64,000 bases of DNA from Thioploca sp. (GTDB taxonomy: Bacteria; Pseudomonadota; Gammaproteobacteria; Beggiatoales; Beggiatoaceae). The notes beneath the pieces are model-generated. The model was not told where the DNA came from, ran no database searches, and was given only the letters and a program-made list of their open reading frames with translations. Positions 30,968-40,753 of the stretch are shown one piece after another. Numbering within the stretch: position 1 is the first letter of the stretch; each line of letters begins with the position of its first letter. Both the position numbers and the translations under genes were made by a program. Location: NCBI GenBank assembly GCA_030627235.1, contig DAOUSL010000002.1, forward strand, positions 366 through 64,365, written 5' to 3'.

Positions 30968-31735
30968 ATGAAAGCAGTCATATTAGCCGGTGGTTTAGGC
31001 ACTCGTTTAGCAGAAGAAACTATCTTAAAACCTAAACCAATGGTAGAAATTGGTGGAAAACCAATCCTGTGGCATATCATGAAAATTTACTCTACTCATG
31101 GTATCAATGACTTTATCATCTGTTTAGGATATAAAGGCTATATCATCAAAGAATACTTTTCCAATTATTTTCTCCACATGTCTGACGTAACAATTGACAT
31201 GCCACACAACAAAATCGAAGTGCATCAAAACCGTGTAGAACCATGGCGAATCACCTTAGTTGATACCGGTGAAAATACTATGACGGGCGGACGCTTAAAG
31301 AAGGTACACCAATATCTTGACGAAGAAGACTTCTGTCTCACTTATGGCGATGGTGTGGGAAATATAGACATTACCCAATTAATCACTTTTCATAAAGAAC
31401 AAGGTACATTAGGTACATTGACAGCAATGCAACCATTAGGTCGTTTTGGTGCGTTAAAATTGCATAATAATAAAGTTGTTCAATTTCAGGAAAAACCTCA
31501 AGAAGAAGGCGGAAAAATAAATGGTGGTTTTTTTGTACTTTCTCCTAAAGTGATAGACTATATTGACGGCGATAACACGGTATGGGAACGCGAACCAATG
31601 GAACGTTTAGCACATGAAAATCAAATGTCTGCCTATCTTCATAAGGGATTCTGGCAACCGATGGATGCCCTGCGCGACAAAAATTATCTGGAAGAACTTT
31701 GGGCAACTGGAAAAGCACCTTGGAAAATATGGTAA
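30968..31735 (+). CDS. ddhA: glucose-1-phosphate cytidylyltransferase
   Basis: [40 protein letters not shown]; TYGDGV; GGFFVL; [10 protein letters not shown]. Confidence 0.9.
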   Translation: MKAVILAGGLGTRLAEETILKPKPMVEIGGKPILWHIMKIYSTHGINDFIICLGYKGYIIKEYFSNYFLHMSDVTIDMPHNKIEVHQNRVEPWRITLVDTGENTMTGGRLKKVHQYLDEEDFCLTYGDGVGNIDITQLITFHKEQGTLGTLTAMQPLGRFGALKLHNNKVVQFQEKPQEEGGKINGGFFVLSPKVIDYIDGDNTVWEREPMERLAHENQMSAYLHKGFWQPMDALRDKNYLEELWATGKAPWKIW

Positions 31736-32802
31736 ATTCATCCTTCTGGAAAAACAAGCAAATCTTGATAACCGGACATACTGGATTTAAAGGCAGTTGG
31801 CTATCGCTTTGGTTACACTCAATGGAGGCCAATATCATTGGCTACTCGCTCCCTCCCCCAACTAATCCCAATCTTTTTGAAACTATCCATTTGGCTGATA
31901 AAATAACCAGTATTATCGGCGATGTGCGTGACTTTGAACATCTACATACTGTGATCGCAAACTATAAACCGGAAATTATTTTCCATTTAGCAGCACAACC
32001 ACTCGTTAGATATTCATATAGCCACCCTATTGAAACTTATGCAACTAATGTAATGGGTACTGTGCATTTATTGGAAGCTGTCAGACAAATTGGTAGCGTC
32101 AAGGTAATTATTAATGTCACCAGTGATAAATGCTATCAAAATCGTGAATGGATTTGGGGATACCGTGAAAACGAACCAATGGGAGGGTATGATCCTTATA
32201 GCAGCAGTAAAGGATGTTCTGAATTAGTCACCGCCGCATTTCAAAATTCCTTTTTTAATACGACAGACTTTGCTAAACATGGTACTGCGTTAGCGTCAGT
32301 ACGTGCAGGTAATGTAATTGGTGGTGGCGACTGGGCCGAAGATAGGCTAATTCCAGACATTATACATGCTTTTATGGCAGGAAAACCGGTTATCATTCGT
32401 AATTCTCAAGCAATCAGACCTTGGCAACATGTTTTAGAACCACTCAGTGGATATTTACTCTTAGCTCAAAAATTATGGGAAGATGGTTCCCAATATGCTG
32501 AAGGTTGGAATTTCGGTCCCAATGAAAACGATGCTAAACCGGTAGGTTGGATAGTAGATTATCTTACCAAAATATGGGGAGAAAATGTTAGTTGGAAAAA
32601 GGATATTCAAACAAAACATCCACACGAAGCACATTATTTAAAATTAGATTGTTCAAAAGCTAAATCTAAGCTGGATTGGCATCCAAAGTGGGACATTGAA
32701 ACAGCATTAAATATTACTGTGGATTGGTACAAAGCCTATCAACAAGAAAAAGATATGTATTCTTTAATGAAAGAACAAATTCGTGTTTATTCGCATACTT
32801 AA
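31729..32802 (+). CDS. ddhB: CDP-glucose 4,6-dehydratase
   Basis: [18 protein letters not shown]; [11 protein letters not shown]; [11 protein letters not shown]; [17 protein letters not shown]. The ATG at 31729 (ATGGTAA overlap with the ddhA stop) is preferred over 31699. Confidence 0.9.
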   Translation: MVNSSFWKNKQILITGHTGFKGSWLSLWLHSMEANIIGYSLPPPTNPNLFETIHLADKITSIIGDVRDFEHLHTVIANYKPEIIFHLAAQPLVRYSYSHPIETYATNVMGTVHLLEAVRQIGSVKVIINVTSDKCYQNREWIWGYRENEPMGGYDPYSSSKGCSELVTAAFQNSFFNTTDFAKHGTALASVRAGNVIGGGDWAEDRLIPDIIHAFMAGKPVIIRNSQAIRPWQHVLEPLSGYLLLAQKLWEDGSQYAEGWNFGPNENDAKPVGWIVDYLTKIWGENVSWKKDIQTKHPHEAHYLKLDCSKAKSKLDWHPKWDIETALNITVDWYKAYQQEKDMYSLMKEQIRVYSHT

Positions 32803-32847
32803 TGTGATAAACTGCTATAAAAAATATTACCTAATATTGAGAATGAA

Positions 32848-33792
32848 ATGAAAAATGATACAACTGTTGAAGAAATTATTAATATTCTAACTGACCCAGA
32901 ATTTCCTGATAAAAATATGTGGATAGAAGAAAATTTTGTCGTTTCCAGCAAAAATAAATATTGCATAGATAACACTGGAATGGTAGATTTTCTACATATT
33001 GACAGGGAAAATGTAACAACAGACTCCAAAAATGTTTCTATTTTGTTTAAATTAAATAATTGGTATAACAATGAATTTGAACAAAGAATAGCACATACAA
33101 TTTTTGCTGGGGGGGGGGTTGGCCTGTTAGTTTTAAATAAAAAAATCCGTTTATGGTTGCAACAGGTAGAAGGTATTTTTTTGGATGTAGGATGTGGTGA
33201 TCAGAAATGGAAAAAATATATGCCAGACAATATCAAATATGTGCCTATTGATTATTTGCCAGCGGTAGAAAGCTGCCCTTGGAAAGACTCATATCCACTG
33301 GTTAATGCTGACGCATTAAAACTTCCGTTTAAAAACGGGACTGTGGATGCTATATTGAATGTTTTTGTTCTTGAACATGTAAAATCTCCTGAAATTCTCA
33401 TAAAAGAGTTTTCTCGTGTTTTAAAATCTGGAGGAGTATTATTACTTGCTGGACCTGGTGATCTTTTGATGACTCATGGAGAACCGCACAATTATTTTAA
33501 TATGACAAAATATGCTTACCAACTGTTGTTAGAAAAATTTGAGATGGAAATTGTTGAGGAATATTTTCCTTCTAAATTTTGGATGTCTATATTCAATGCA
33601 GTTTATTCCAAAATTGTTAGGAATGATTTTTACAATCGTACTCCGTTGCATAAATTGTTTCAAATTCCAGTCTTCATAGTATCTCTTATTTTATCTCCTA
33701 TTTTTAATATTATTGCATATATCTTAGATTTAATTACACCTTTTAACAAAAAAGGTTATAGTGCATACATGGTACTTGCTCGAAAAAAATGA
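32848..33792 (+). CDS. class I SAM-dependent methyltransferase with hydrophobic C-terminus; carries a G10 tract
   Basis: FLDVGCGDQKW; DAILNVFVLEHV; LKSGGVLLL. The G10 run at 33109-33118 encodes GGG and is in frame. Confidence 0.7.
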   Translation: MKNDTTVEEIINILTDPEFPDKNMWIEENFVVSSKNKYCIDNTGMVDFLHIDRENVTTDSKNVSILFKLNNWYNNEFEQRIAHTIFAGGGVGLLVLNKKIRLWLQQVEGIFLDVGCGDQKWKKYMPDNIKYVPIDYLPAVESCPWKDSYPLVNADALKLPFKNGTVDAILNVFVLEHVKSPEILIKEFSRVLKSGGVLLLAGPGDLLMTHGEPHNYFNMTKYAYQLLLEKFEMEIVEEYFPSKFWMSIFNAVYSKIVRNDFYNRTPLHKLFQIPVFIVSLILSPIFNIIAYILDLITPFNKKGYSAYMVLARKK

Positions 33793-34766
33793 GAAAAACA
33801 TTAATATTTGTACTAAAAGTTACTTTTTCCATTGGTGTAATTATATTTATATTTTATAATTACATCACTATTAATGATTTTATCCAAACAGTACAAAACA
33901 TTAATTATTTTCTGTTACCATTTTTGATTCTATTGGTTTATTTTACAAGATTACTGATAGCCTACCAAACAAAAATTAGTTTAGTTCCTTTCAATATTCA
34001 AACCAGCACTTTTAACATTTTCAAAATACACCTCATTTCCACATTTTATTCACTGGTTCTATCAAGCGATATTATTGCGGGTGGTGTCAGTTGGCACTTA
34101 CTTTCTAAAGACAATGGCAGACGTGCTGAAGTCGCCAGTGTTATTGTTTATTTAAGAATTTTAAATCTGATTACCCTCCTGCCTTTCGTATTATTAGGTA
34201 TTTATCTTGAACCAAAATTAAAAGCGTACAATATTCAACCCTATGTACTTATATTTGGGTTATTATTACTGATAATGCTCCTACCTTTTTTTTGGCACAA
34301 ACTAACTCTTCTCACGGAATCAACTCTTAACTACCTTATTTCACTCATTCCAATCAAAAAATTATCAAAACGTTTGTTAGAGGCTAACGACAATGTATGG
34401 AACTCAGTCAAAATAAGCCAAGCAATGCCTCTTAACTTTACTTTTAAGGTAATTACGTTATCTCTTATATCACAAATACTCGCTATCATTTTTATGTACT
34501 ATACATTAGAAATGGTTAATATTCATCTACCCTTTTCTGTGGCAACTTGGTTAATAGCATTAGCTATAATCATTGCCATACTGCCCTTAACAATAGGCGG
34601 TATTGGGGTACGAGATATTAGCTTCGTATTTATTTTAAACGAACTTTATAGTGTGCCAGCAGAAGCATCCTTACTTGCTTCAACAGTTATTTTATTGATA
34701 GGTTCAATTTTCTTTGGTGCAATTTTAGGTGGGTATTATGCGATAACTTTTGGAAAAAGAAAGTAG
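33789..34766 (+). CDS. UPF0104 / lysyl-PG-synthase-TM-like (flippase-like) membrane protein
   Basis: Polytopic membrane protein. LPLTIGGIGVRD near the C-terminus is typical of this family. Confidence 0.55.
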   Translation: MRKTLIFVLKVTFSIGVIIFIFYNYITINDFIQTVQNINYFLLPFLILLVYFTRLLIAYQTKISLVPFNIQTSTFNIFKIHLISTFYSLVLSSDIIAGGVSWHLLSKDNGRRAEVASVIVYLRILNLITLLPFVLLGIYLEPKLKAYNIQPYVLIFGLLLLIMLLPFFWHKLTLLTESTLNYLISLIPIKKLSKRLLEANDNVWNSVKISQAMPLNFTFKVITLSLISQILAIIFMYYTLEMVNIHLPFSVATWLIALAIIIAILPLTIGGIGVRDISFVFILNELYSVPAEASLLASTVILLIGSIFFGAILGGYYAITFGKRK

Positions 34767-34918
34767 TTAAAGTAAATGCTTCAAAAACATTTTAACATAG
34801 CTTTTTTCATCAATTAAAACTGTAACATGACAAATGTCAGATAGATAATTTTCTATATGAATTTTTTATCATGTTATTAACTTAATACTAGATTTTCTAT
34901 GATTAATATTTTATTAGT

Positions 34919-35434
34919 TTAATAAACCCTACGTCTATCTTTCCATAATCTAATGACTTGTAAACGCCATAAATAGTTGACCGTTAAATAACCAATTGCG
35001 GCACTTATAGTCCCCATTACTAAACAACCTAGCAATAATGGTTGCAGAAGATTTTCTAAAGTATATAATAACCATTCAGGAGAGAAACTAAATCCTGTTT
35101 CCATAATTGGTATACCTAATATTAATGCCCCTAATTTATACGCAAAATACAATAAAGGTGGCATAGTAATCGGATTAGTTATCCAAACCAAACTAACTGC
35201 TAATGGTAAATTAACCCGTAACCAAATTGCTACTGTGACCGCTAATAACATCTGCATTGGTAAAGGAATAAAAGCTATAAATAAACCCACAGCCATTCCT
35301 CCTGATAAAGAACGTCTATTCAAATGCCATAGATTTGGTTCATGTAATAGCTTGCCTAAAAATTGTAACTTCGGATTTGATTTAATTTGAGATGGTCTTG
35401 GTAACGAATGTTTAAAGAATTTTTTTATCGACAT
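34919..35434 (-). CDS. DUF2062 family membrane protein
   Basis: LHEPNLWHLNRRSLSGGMAVGLFIAFIPLPMQMLLAV...WITNPIT. GGAGGAAA Shine-Dalgarno 5' of the ATG. Sits divergently next to comEC. Confidence 0.7.
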   Translation of the reverse strand: MSIKKFFKHSLPRPSQIKSNPKLQFLGKLLHEPNLWHLNRRSLSGGMAVGLFIAFIPLPMQMLLAVTVAIWLRVNLPLAVSLVWITNPITMPPLLYFAYKLGALILGIPIMETGFSFSPEWLLYTLENLLQPLLLGCLVMGTISAAIGYLTVNYLWRLQVIRLWKDRRRVY

Positions 35435-35458
35435 ATTTCCTCCAAAATATATTAATAG

Positions 35459-37708
35459 ATGCGTTTAAGCATATTGGCTTTCATGCTTGGTATTTTATAC
35501 TGCCAAACGTTATCTGAATTGCCAGATATCATATGGTTTACGCTGTTATTGCCTCTTGGACTATTCCCACGCTTGCGTCTGCTATCTTTCTTTATACTCG
35601 GTCTGATATATGCTATTTGGCGTGCGGATATTATCCTAGCCCAAAAATTACCTGCTGAACTGATAGGAAAAAATATAAAAATTACTGGTACTGTTCTTGA
35701 TATTCCTAGTCAGCATAGATTTAAATTTTATCCAGAAGCTAGTCCAAAATGGCCAAATCCAGGTCTTATTTATTTAAGATATCCAAAAAAACAGCTATCA
35801 GTAAGGCCTGGCCAACAATGGGACTTTATAGTCAATTTAAAACAAACTAGAAATACATTTAACTTCGATAGTTTTGATTCTGAAAAATGGCTTTTTAGTC
35901 ATAGGGTAATGGCAATTGGTTCAATACGTTCAGCAAAATTATTACATGAAACGTCTTTATTAAATATAAGTGACATACGTTATTCTTTAGTAAAAATAAT
36001 TAAACAAGAATTATCAAAATATCAAAGTGGTGGAATTATTATTGCTTTAGCTTTAGGTGAAAAAAGTATTATTCCAACTCACCAAAAGAAAATCCTACGT
36101 CATACTAACATATCTCATTTAATTGCAATCTCTGGCTTACATATCGGCTTTATTGCTTGGATTATCTTTATAATAAGTCATAACTTATGGAAACATATAG
36201 GTAATGTGCTAATATTTCCAGCTTCTCGGTTTGCAGCCATAGTCAGTATACTATTTGCAACTAGTTATGCCTTATTAGCTGGTTTTTCCTTACCTACCCA
36301 AAGAGCTTTAATCATGCTGATAGTAGCATTATCCGGCATAATATTCAACTATAAAATTACTAGCTTAAATATTTTTTCTATAGCTTTACTAATAATATTA
36401 ATTTGGGATCCATTAACCGTTTTATCAGTTGAGTTTTGGTTATCATTTGGAACGGTGGCCATAATATTTTATTCATTAGATAATCGCAAACGAAAAAAAC
36501 GAACTCCTTTAGAAAACACTGGTTTATCTATTCTTAAAATCCAAATAATAATAACCTTGAGTTTATTTCCAGTTCTACTTTTCATATTTGGTTATGTTGC
36601 TTTATCATCATTTATTGCTAATTTAATCGCTATTCCTTGGGTAAGTTTTATCGTTATTCCATTCACTTTGTTGGGTATAATTTTATTGCCATTAACCAAT
36701 GGATTACTACATGTAGCCGCATTTACGTTCGATGCTATATTGATTCCGATGGCTTGGTTAGCTGATTTAGAGTGGAATCTATTTTATTTAAAACCACCTT
36801 TATGGACTGTAATTGTAGCAATGCCAGGAATTTTCATTTTATTTTTACCATCTGGTTTTCCAGCTCGTTGGTTAGGAATTATCTGGTTATTACCATTATT
36901 TACTAATCAACAATTTAATTCCAAAATTCTTAAACAAGGAGAATTATGGTTTACTTTATTAGATGTTGGACAAGGATTATCTACAGTTATAAGAACTAAA
37001 AATCATACACTTATATATGATACAGGCCCTAGCGAATATATTGGCAAAACTGTAATCCTGCCATTTTTACAAGCTAAAAAAGTTCAACATATTGATAAAA
37101 TCATTATTAGTCATGCTGATAAAGATCATAGTGGTGGTTTTAAAGCTTTAATAGATGACTTTGTCCAGCAGGATTTAACAGAAATATTAACTAGTGCTAA
37201 TAAATATAAAATTAACTATCCTCAATATAAAATCAAACCTTGTCAAGCTGGTCAAGAATGGTTATGGGATGGAGTAAAATTTCAAATTTTACATCCTCCT
37301 GCTAATTTTAAAATCGACAATACCAATGATAAAAGTTGTGTATTAAAAATAAGTACAGAGAAAAATTCTATTTTATTACCAGGTGATATTGGGAAAGATA
37401 TAGAATTAAATTTAATCGCTAATTATGCTTTGGAGCTAAAAACTGATATTCTGGTTGCTCCTCATCATGGAAGTGGAAATTCCTCTACCATTAGTTTTAT
37501 TAATACTGTTAGACCGAAAATAGTTTTATTCTCAACTGGTTATAATAATTCTTATAATCATCCAAGAAAAAATATAACTCAACGTTATGAAAAATATAAA
37601 TCTTTAATTATTGATACTGCTGAATCAGGAGCGATCAATTTACGATTAAGTACAGATGGGATTTTTAAACCTAGCACAGCTCGTAGGAAGAGTTATTGGT
37701 ATAAATAA
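35459..37708 (+). CDS. comEC: DNA internalization-related competence protein ComEC/Rec2
   Basis: Competence-domain TM core (ISHLIAISGLHIGF) plus a C-terminal metallo-beta-lactamase part (LDVGQGLS; IISHADKDHSGG; VAPHHGS). The start is uncertain, because only 24 nt separate it from the divergent gene. Confidence 0.85.
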   Translation: MRLSILAFMLGILYCQTLSELPDIIWFTLLLPLGLFPRLRLLSFFILGLIYAIWRADIILAQKLPAELIGKNIKITGTVLDIPSQHRFKFYPEASPKWPNPGLIYLRYPKKQLSVRPGQQWDFIVNLKQTRNTFNFDSFDSEKWLFSHRVMAIGSIRSAKLLHETSLLNISDIRYSLVKIIKQELSKYQSGGIIIALALGEKSIIPTHQKKILRHTNISHLIAISGLHIGFIAWIIFIISHNLWKHIGNVLIFPASRFAAIVSILFATSYALLAGFSLPTQRALIMLIVALSGIIFNYKITSLNIFSIALLIILIWDPLTVLSVEFWLSFGTVAIIFYSLDNRKRKKRTPLENTGLSILKIQIIITLSLFPVLLFIFGYVALSSFIANLIAIPWVSFIVIPFTLLGIILLPLTNGLLHVAAFTFDAILIPMAWLADLEWNLFYLKPPLWTVIVAMPGIFILFLPSGFPARWLGIIWLLPLFTNQQFNSKILKQGELWFTLLDVGQGLSTVIRTKNHTLIYDTGPSEYIGKTVILPFLQAKKVQHIDKIIISHADKDHSGGFKALIDDFVQQDLTEILTSANKYKINYPQYKIKPCQAGQEWLWDGVKFQILHPPANFKIDNTNDKSCVLKISTEKNSILLPGDIGKDIELNLIANYALELKTDILVAPHHGSGNSSTISFINTVRPKIVLFSTGYNNSYNHPRKNITQRYEKYKSLIIDTAESGAINLRLSTDGIFKPSTARRKSYWYK

Positions 37709-37787
37709 TTTTATAATTCTTGATTATTATCATATAAATACCATTCTATAAATTAATATTATCAATCAAACTTTGGAATAAATAAAT

Positions 37788-38618
37788 TTGACTAACAAAA
37801 ATTTCGTTACCACATATGACCAGTATGATAACGTAAATAGATTTATTAAAAAATTTACAATTTTTGCATGTATATTTGGTATTATTGGTTGTTCCACAAC
37901 AACAAATCAAACAAATAACATCAATGTCGTTCCAATCAAATATAAACCTTTAGTCATATCTCAGAAATTTTTACCCAAGAGTAAAAGAATTTCTCAACAA
38001 TTTAAACAGCGAAAGAAACATGCTATTTCATATGATTCTAAAACTGGAAATCATTATTTTAAACCGTCAAAAAGATATAATTATACCAATAGATCGAATT
38101 CAATAAAATACCAAAAGCGATTCAGATATCAACCAACTTTTAATATGTATGAATTGCAACGTTATTATCGGCGGAAAGGTATTATTAAATTATCTTCGAA
38201 TGCCAATTATGGTAAATATGGTATGTCTCGACGTTCCAAATATGGTACTCCCAGAAAACATAATGGTGTCGATATAGTAGGTAAGGTTGGAGATCACGTA
38301 TATTCAGTAAGATCTGGCATTGCAGAAATATCACCAACTGGAACTGGTGGTAAATTAGGAATTTATGTTAGAATTAAAGAAAATAATGGTTATTATACTG
38401 ACCATGCTCATCTTAGCAAAGTAGCAATAATAAATGGTACTTGGGTTAATACAGGTGATTTAATTGGATATATCGGTAAAACTGGCAACGTTCCAAAATA
38501 TCTTACAGCTCATGTTCATATTAGCCGTTGGTATAAATGGAATGGTAAACAAGCATTTACAGATCCTACCCAATTAGTCTTTGGTTATATTTACAACAAC
38601 CCATATGCACTGCGATAA
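37788..38618 (+). CDS. M23 family metallopeptidase lipoprotein
   Basis: Lipobox FGIIGC; HNGVDI, DHAHLS and AHVHIS match the M23 HxxxD / HxH motifs. Confidence 0.75.
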   Translation: MTNKNFVTTYDQYDNVNRFIKKFTIFACIFGIIGCSTTTNQTNNINVVPIKYKPLVISQKFLPKSKRISQQFKQRKKHAISYDSKTGNHYFKPSKRYNYTNRSNSIKYQKRFRYQPTFNMYELQRYYRRKGIIKLSSNANYGKYGMSRRSKYGTPRKHNGVDIVGKVGDHVYSVRSGIAEISPTGTGGKLGIYVRIKENNGYYTDHAHLSKVAIINGTWVNTGDLIGYIGKTGNVPKYLTAHVHISRWYKWNGKQAFTDPTQLVFGYIYNNPYALR

Positions 38619-38652
38619 TAAGATTATTTAGAGGGAAAATTAGAAAAACATC

Positions 38653-39720
38653 ATGTCTGGAAATACATTTGGAAAGAGCTTTACAGTAACTACATTTGGA
38701 GAGAGTCATGGGCCCTCGATTGGTGGTATTGTGGATGGCTGTCCTCCAGGATTAGCTTTAACTCCCGAAGATTTACAAGTTGATTTAGATCGTCGCAAAC
38801 CAGGAACTTCTCGTCACACTACTCAACGACGTGAAGATGACAAAGTAGAAATTTTATCTGGAGTATTTGAAGGTAAAACTACTGGTTGTCCAATTGGATT
38901 ATTGATTCCAAATACTGATCATCGTTCCAAAGATTATAGTATTATTAAAGATCAATTCCGGCCTGGTCATGCTGATTATACTTATCATAAGAAATATGGT
39001 ATTCGTGACTATCGTGGTGGTGGTAGGTCTTCAGCTAGAGAAACAGCCGTTAGAGTTGCTGCCGGTGGAATTGCAAAAAAATATCTTCAAGAGCAATATG
39101 GAATCCAAATCCGTGGTTATTTAGCTCAGTTAGGTCCGTTAAAAATAACTAATTTTGATTGGCAAGAAATTGATAATAATGCTTTTTTCTGTCCTGATGC
39201 TAAATTAATTCCTGAATTAGAAAATTACATGGATGATTTACGGAAAGAAGGTAATTCTATTGGGGCTAGAGTAAATGTTATCGCTAATAATGTACCAACT
39301 GGTTTAGGCGAACCTATTTTTGATCGACTGGATGCAGAAATTGCCCATGCGATGATGAGTATCAATGCGGTGAAAGGAGTTGAAATTGGAGATGGTTTTG
39401 CTAGTGTGGAACAAAAAGGTACTGAACATCGAGATGAAATGACTCCACAAGGTTTTAACAGTAATCATGCGGGTGGTATATTAGGTGGTATTTCTTCCGG
39501 CCAAGATATTGTGGTTAGCATAGCTTTAAAACCAACTTCAAGTCTACGTTTACCAGGTAGTAGCATTGATATTAATGGTCAACCTACCGAGGTTATTACC
39601 ACTGGCCGTCATGATCCTTGTGTTGGTATTCGGGCTACTCCAATAGCAGAGGCAATGTTGGCTCTAGTATTAATGGATCACACCTTGCGTAATAAAGCTC
39701 AAACTTCATCTGTTAAGTAA
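38653..39720 (+). CDS. aroC: chorismate synthase
   Basis: [19 protein letters not shown]; [16 protein letters not shown]; [11 protein letters not shown]; GRHDPCVG. Confidence 0.95.
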   Translation: MSGNTFGKSFTVTTFGESHGPSIGGIVDGCPPGLALTPEDLQVDLDRRKPGTSRHTTQRREDDKVEILSGVFEGKTTGCPIGLLIPNTDHRSKDYSIIKDQFRPGHADYTYHKKYGIRDYRGGGRSSARETAVRVAAGGIAKKYLQEQYGIQIRGYLAQLGPLKITNFDWQEIDNNAFFCPDAKLIPELENYMDDLRKEGNSIGARVNVIANNVPTGLGEPIFDRLDAEIAHAMMSINAVKGVEIGDGFASVEQKGTEHRDEMTPQGFNSNHAGGILGGISSGQDIVVSIALKPTSSLRLPGSSIDINGQPTEVITTGRHDPCVGIRATPIAEAMLALVLMDHTLRNKAQTSSVK

Positions 39721-39737
39721 ATTTAATATTAATTTTT

Positions 39738-39753
39738 TTTGCGTAACTTCAGT
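39738..39753 (+). repeat. solo copy of the terminal inverted repeat of the IS at 56448-57642
   Basis: TTTGCGTAACTTCAGT is identical to 16 nt of the IS right end (57626-57641). It lies 18 nt after the aroC stop. Confidence 0.5.
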
Positions 39754-39799
39754 GAATATTGAACATAAATTGAGCTTATTTTGAAAGTGATTAATAACA

Positions 39800-40357
39800 A
39801 TGGAACTAGAAAAACTTAATTTTAACATCCGCCTGACAATTAGACATTCCTTGCGAATTTTATATGCCAGAAGAAAAATGACTGACTTCTTTCCATTAAC
39901 ATCAGTTGCTGAATATCAAAATTTATCTGACGAACAGATAGAACATATTGACCAACTTGTGTATAGATTTCAAAAGCTACAAGATGACATGGGAACTAAA
40001 CTTTTTAAATCTGTAGTAGCTAATTTAGGTGAAGCTGAAGTTTTCAATAAACCTATTTTAGAAATTATAAATATTATGAAAAAATATGGTGTTGTAAATG
40101 ATAAAGTAGATTGGCAAACGATGAGAGAGATTAGAAATTCTTTAGCTCATGAATATTTAGATGATGTAAAAAATGATATAGAACTACTGAATTATTTATT
40201 CACCACAAAAAGCATAGAAATTATTGAAATATTAAAAGAAATTTTATATTATATTAAACTTAATATGTATTCAAATATATATAAAGACACCAAAATTGAA
40301 CTAGATAAATTTTATGAGACTATCACAAACTCAAATTTCAGCGATTCTAAAAGCTAA
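39800..40357 (+). CDS. HEPN-domain protein (HepT / HI0074-like putative toxin)
   Basis: MREIRNSLAHEY contains the Rx4HxY HEPN RNase motif. All-helical sequence. Paired with an MNT-type gene. Confidence 0.55.
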   Translation: MELEKLNFNIRLTIRHSLRILYARRKMTDFFPLTSVAEYQNLSDEQIEHIDQLVYRFQKLQDDMGTKLFKSVVANLGEAEVFNKPILEIINIMKKYGVVNDKVDWQTMREIRNSLAHEYLDDVKNDIELLNYLFTTKSIEIIEILKEILYYIKLNMYSNIYKDTKIELDKFYETITNSNFSDSKS

Positions 40358-40612
40358 AAAATCATTTTTTCCTGATTCTAAAATTTACCTATTTGGTAGT
40401 AGAACTGATGATTCTAGGAATGGAGGAGATATTGATTTATACATTCTATTTGAAAACAGAATTGCAGATGGTGTGAAAAAAAAATAGATTTTTTAGTTAT
40501 GTTGAAATCTTTGATAGGAGAGCAAAAAATAGATGTGATTTTGGCTGATAAATCACAAAATAGGTTAATAGATAAAATCGTTAAACAAGAAGGAATATTG
40601 CTTGATAAATAG
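40314..40612 (+). pseudogene. minimal nucleotidyltransferase (MNT antitoxin-like), frameshifted in an A9 tract
   Basis: Frame 0: MRLSQTQISAILKAKKSFFPDSKIYLFGSRTDDSRNGGDIDLYILFENRIADGVKKK* (GS-x9-DxD NTase motif), with the stop at 40485-40487 directly after A9 (40476-40484). The other frame continues IDFLVMLKSLIGEQKIDVILADKSQNRLIDKIVKQEGILLDK* to 40612. A10 would join the two parts into a protein of about 99 aa. Confidence 0.6.
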
Positions 40613-40719
40613 TTTAATTCGTCTGAAAAGCTCAAATCACTATGATTTGAAATCCTTTTATATTGAGTCTTTGGATTGATGTTTAATTTAATTAAGAATT
40701 AAGAATTAAGAATTGAAAT

Positions 40720-40751
40720 ATGTCGGGCTAATGATAAACCCGACATTTTTT
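40720..40751 (+). terminator. rho-independent terminator between MNT and pgk
   Basis: ATGTCGGG-ctaatgataaa-CCCGACAT followed by a T6 run. Confidence 0.6.
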
Positions 40752-40753
40752 AA

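Noticed and set aside
34837-34850. 14-nt exact match TCAGATAGATAATT shared with 51223-51236
   Set aside because: In sequence this AT-rich, many 14-mer coincidences are expected within 64 kb, and there is no extended similarity around either copy.
40414-40635. 73-aa minus-strand ORF in the track downstream of the HEPN gene
   Set aside because: The plus strand here encodes a recognisable (frameshifted) minimal nucleotidyltransferase with the GS...DxD motif. The minus-strand translation has no features.
40693-40713. TAAGAAT x3 heptamer tandem repeat just before the pgk terminator
   Set aside because: It is too short, and an AT-rich simple repeat like this is expected by chance in this composition. 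It is not a CRISPR array or a clear operator.
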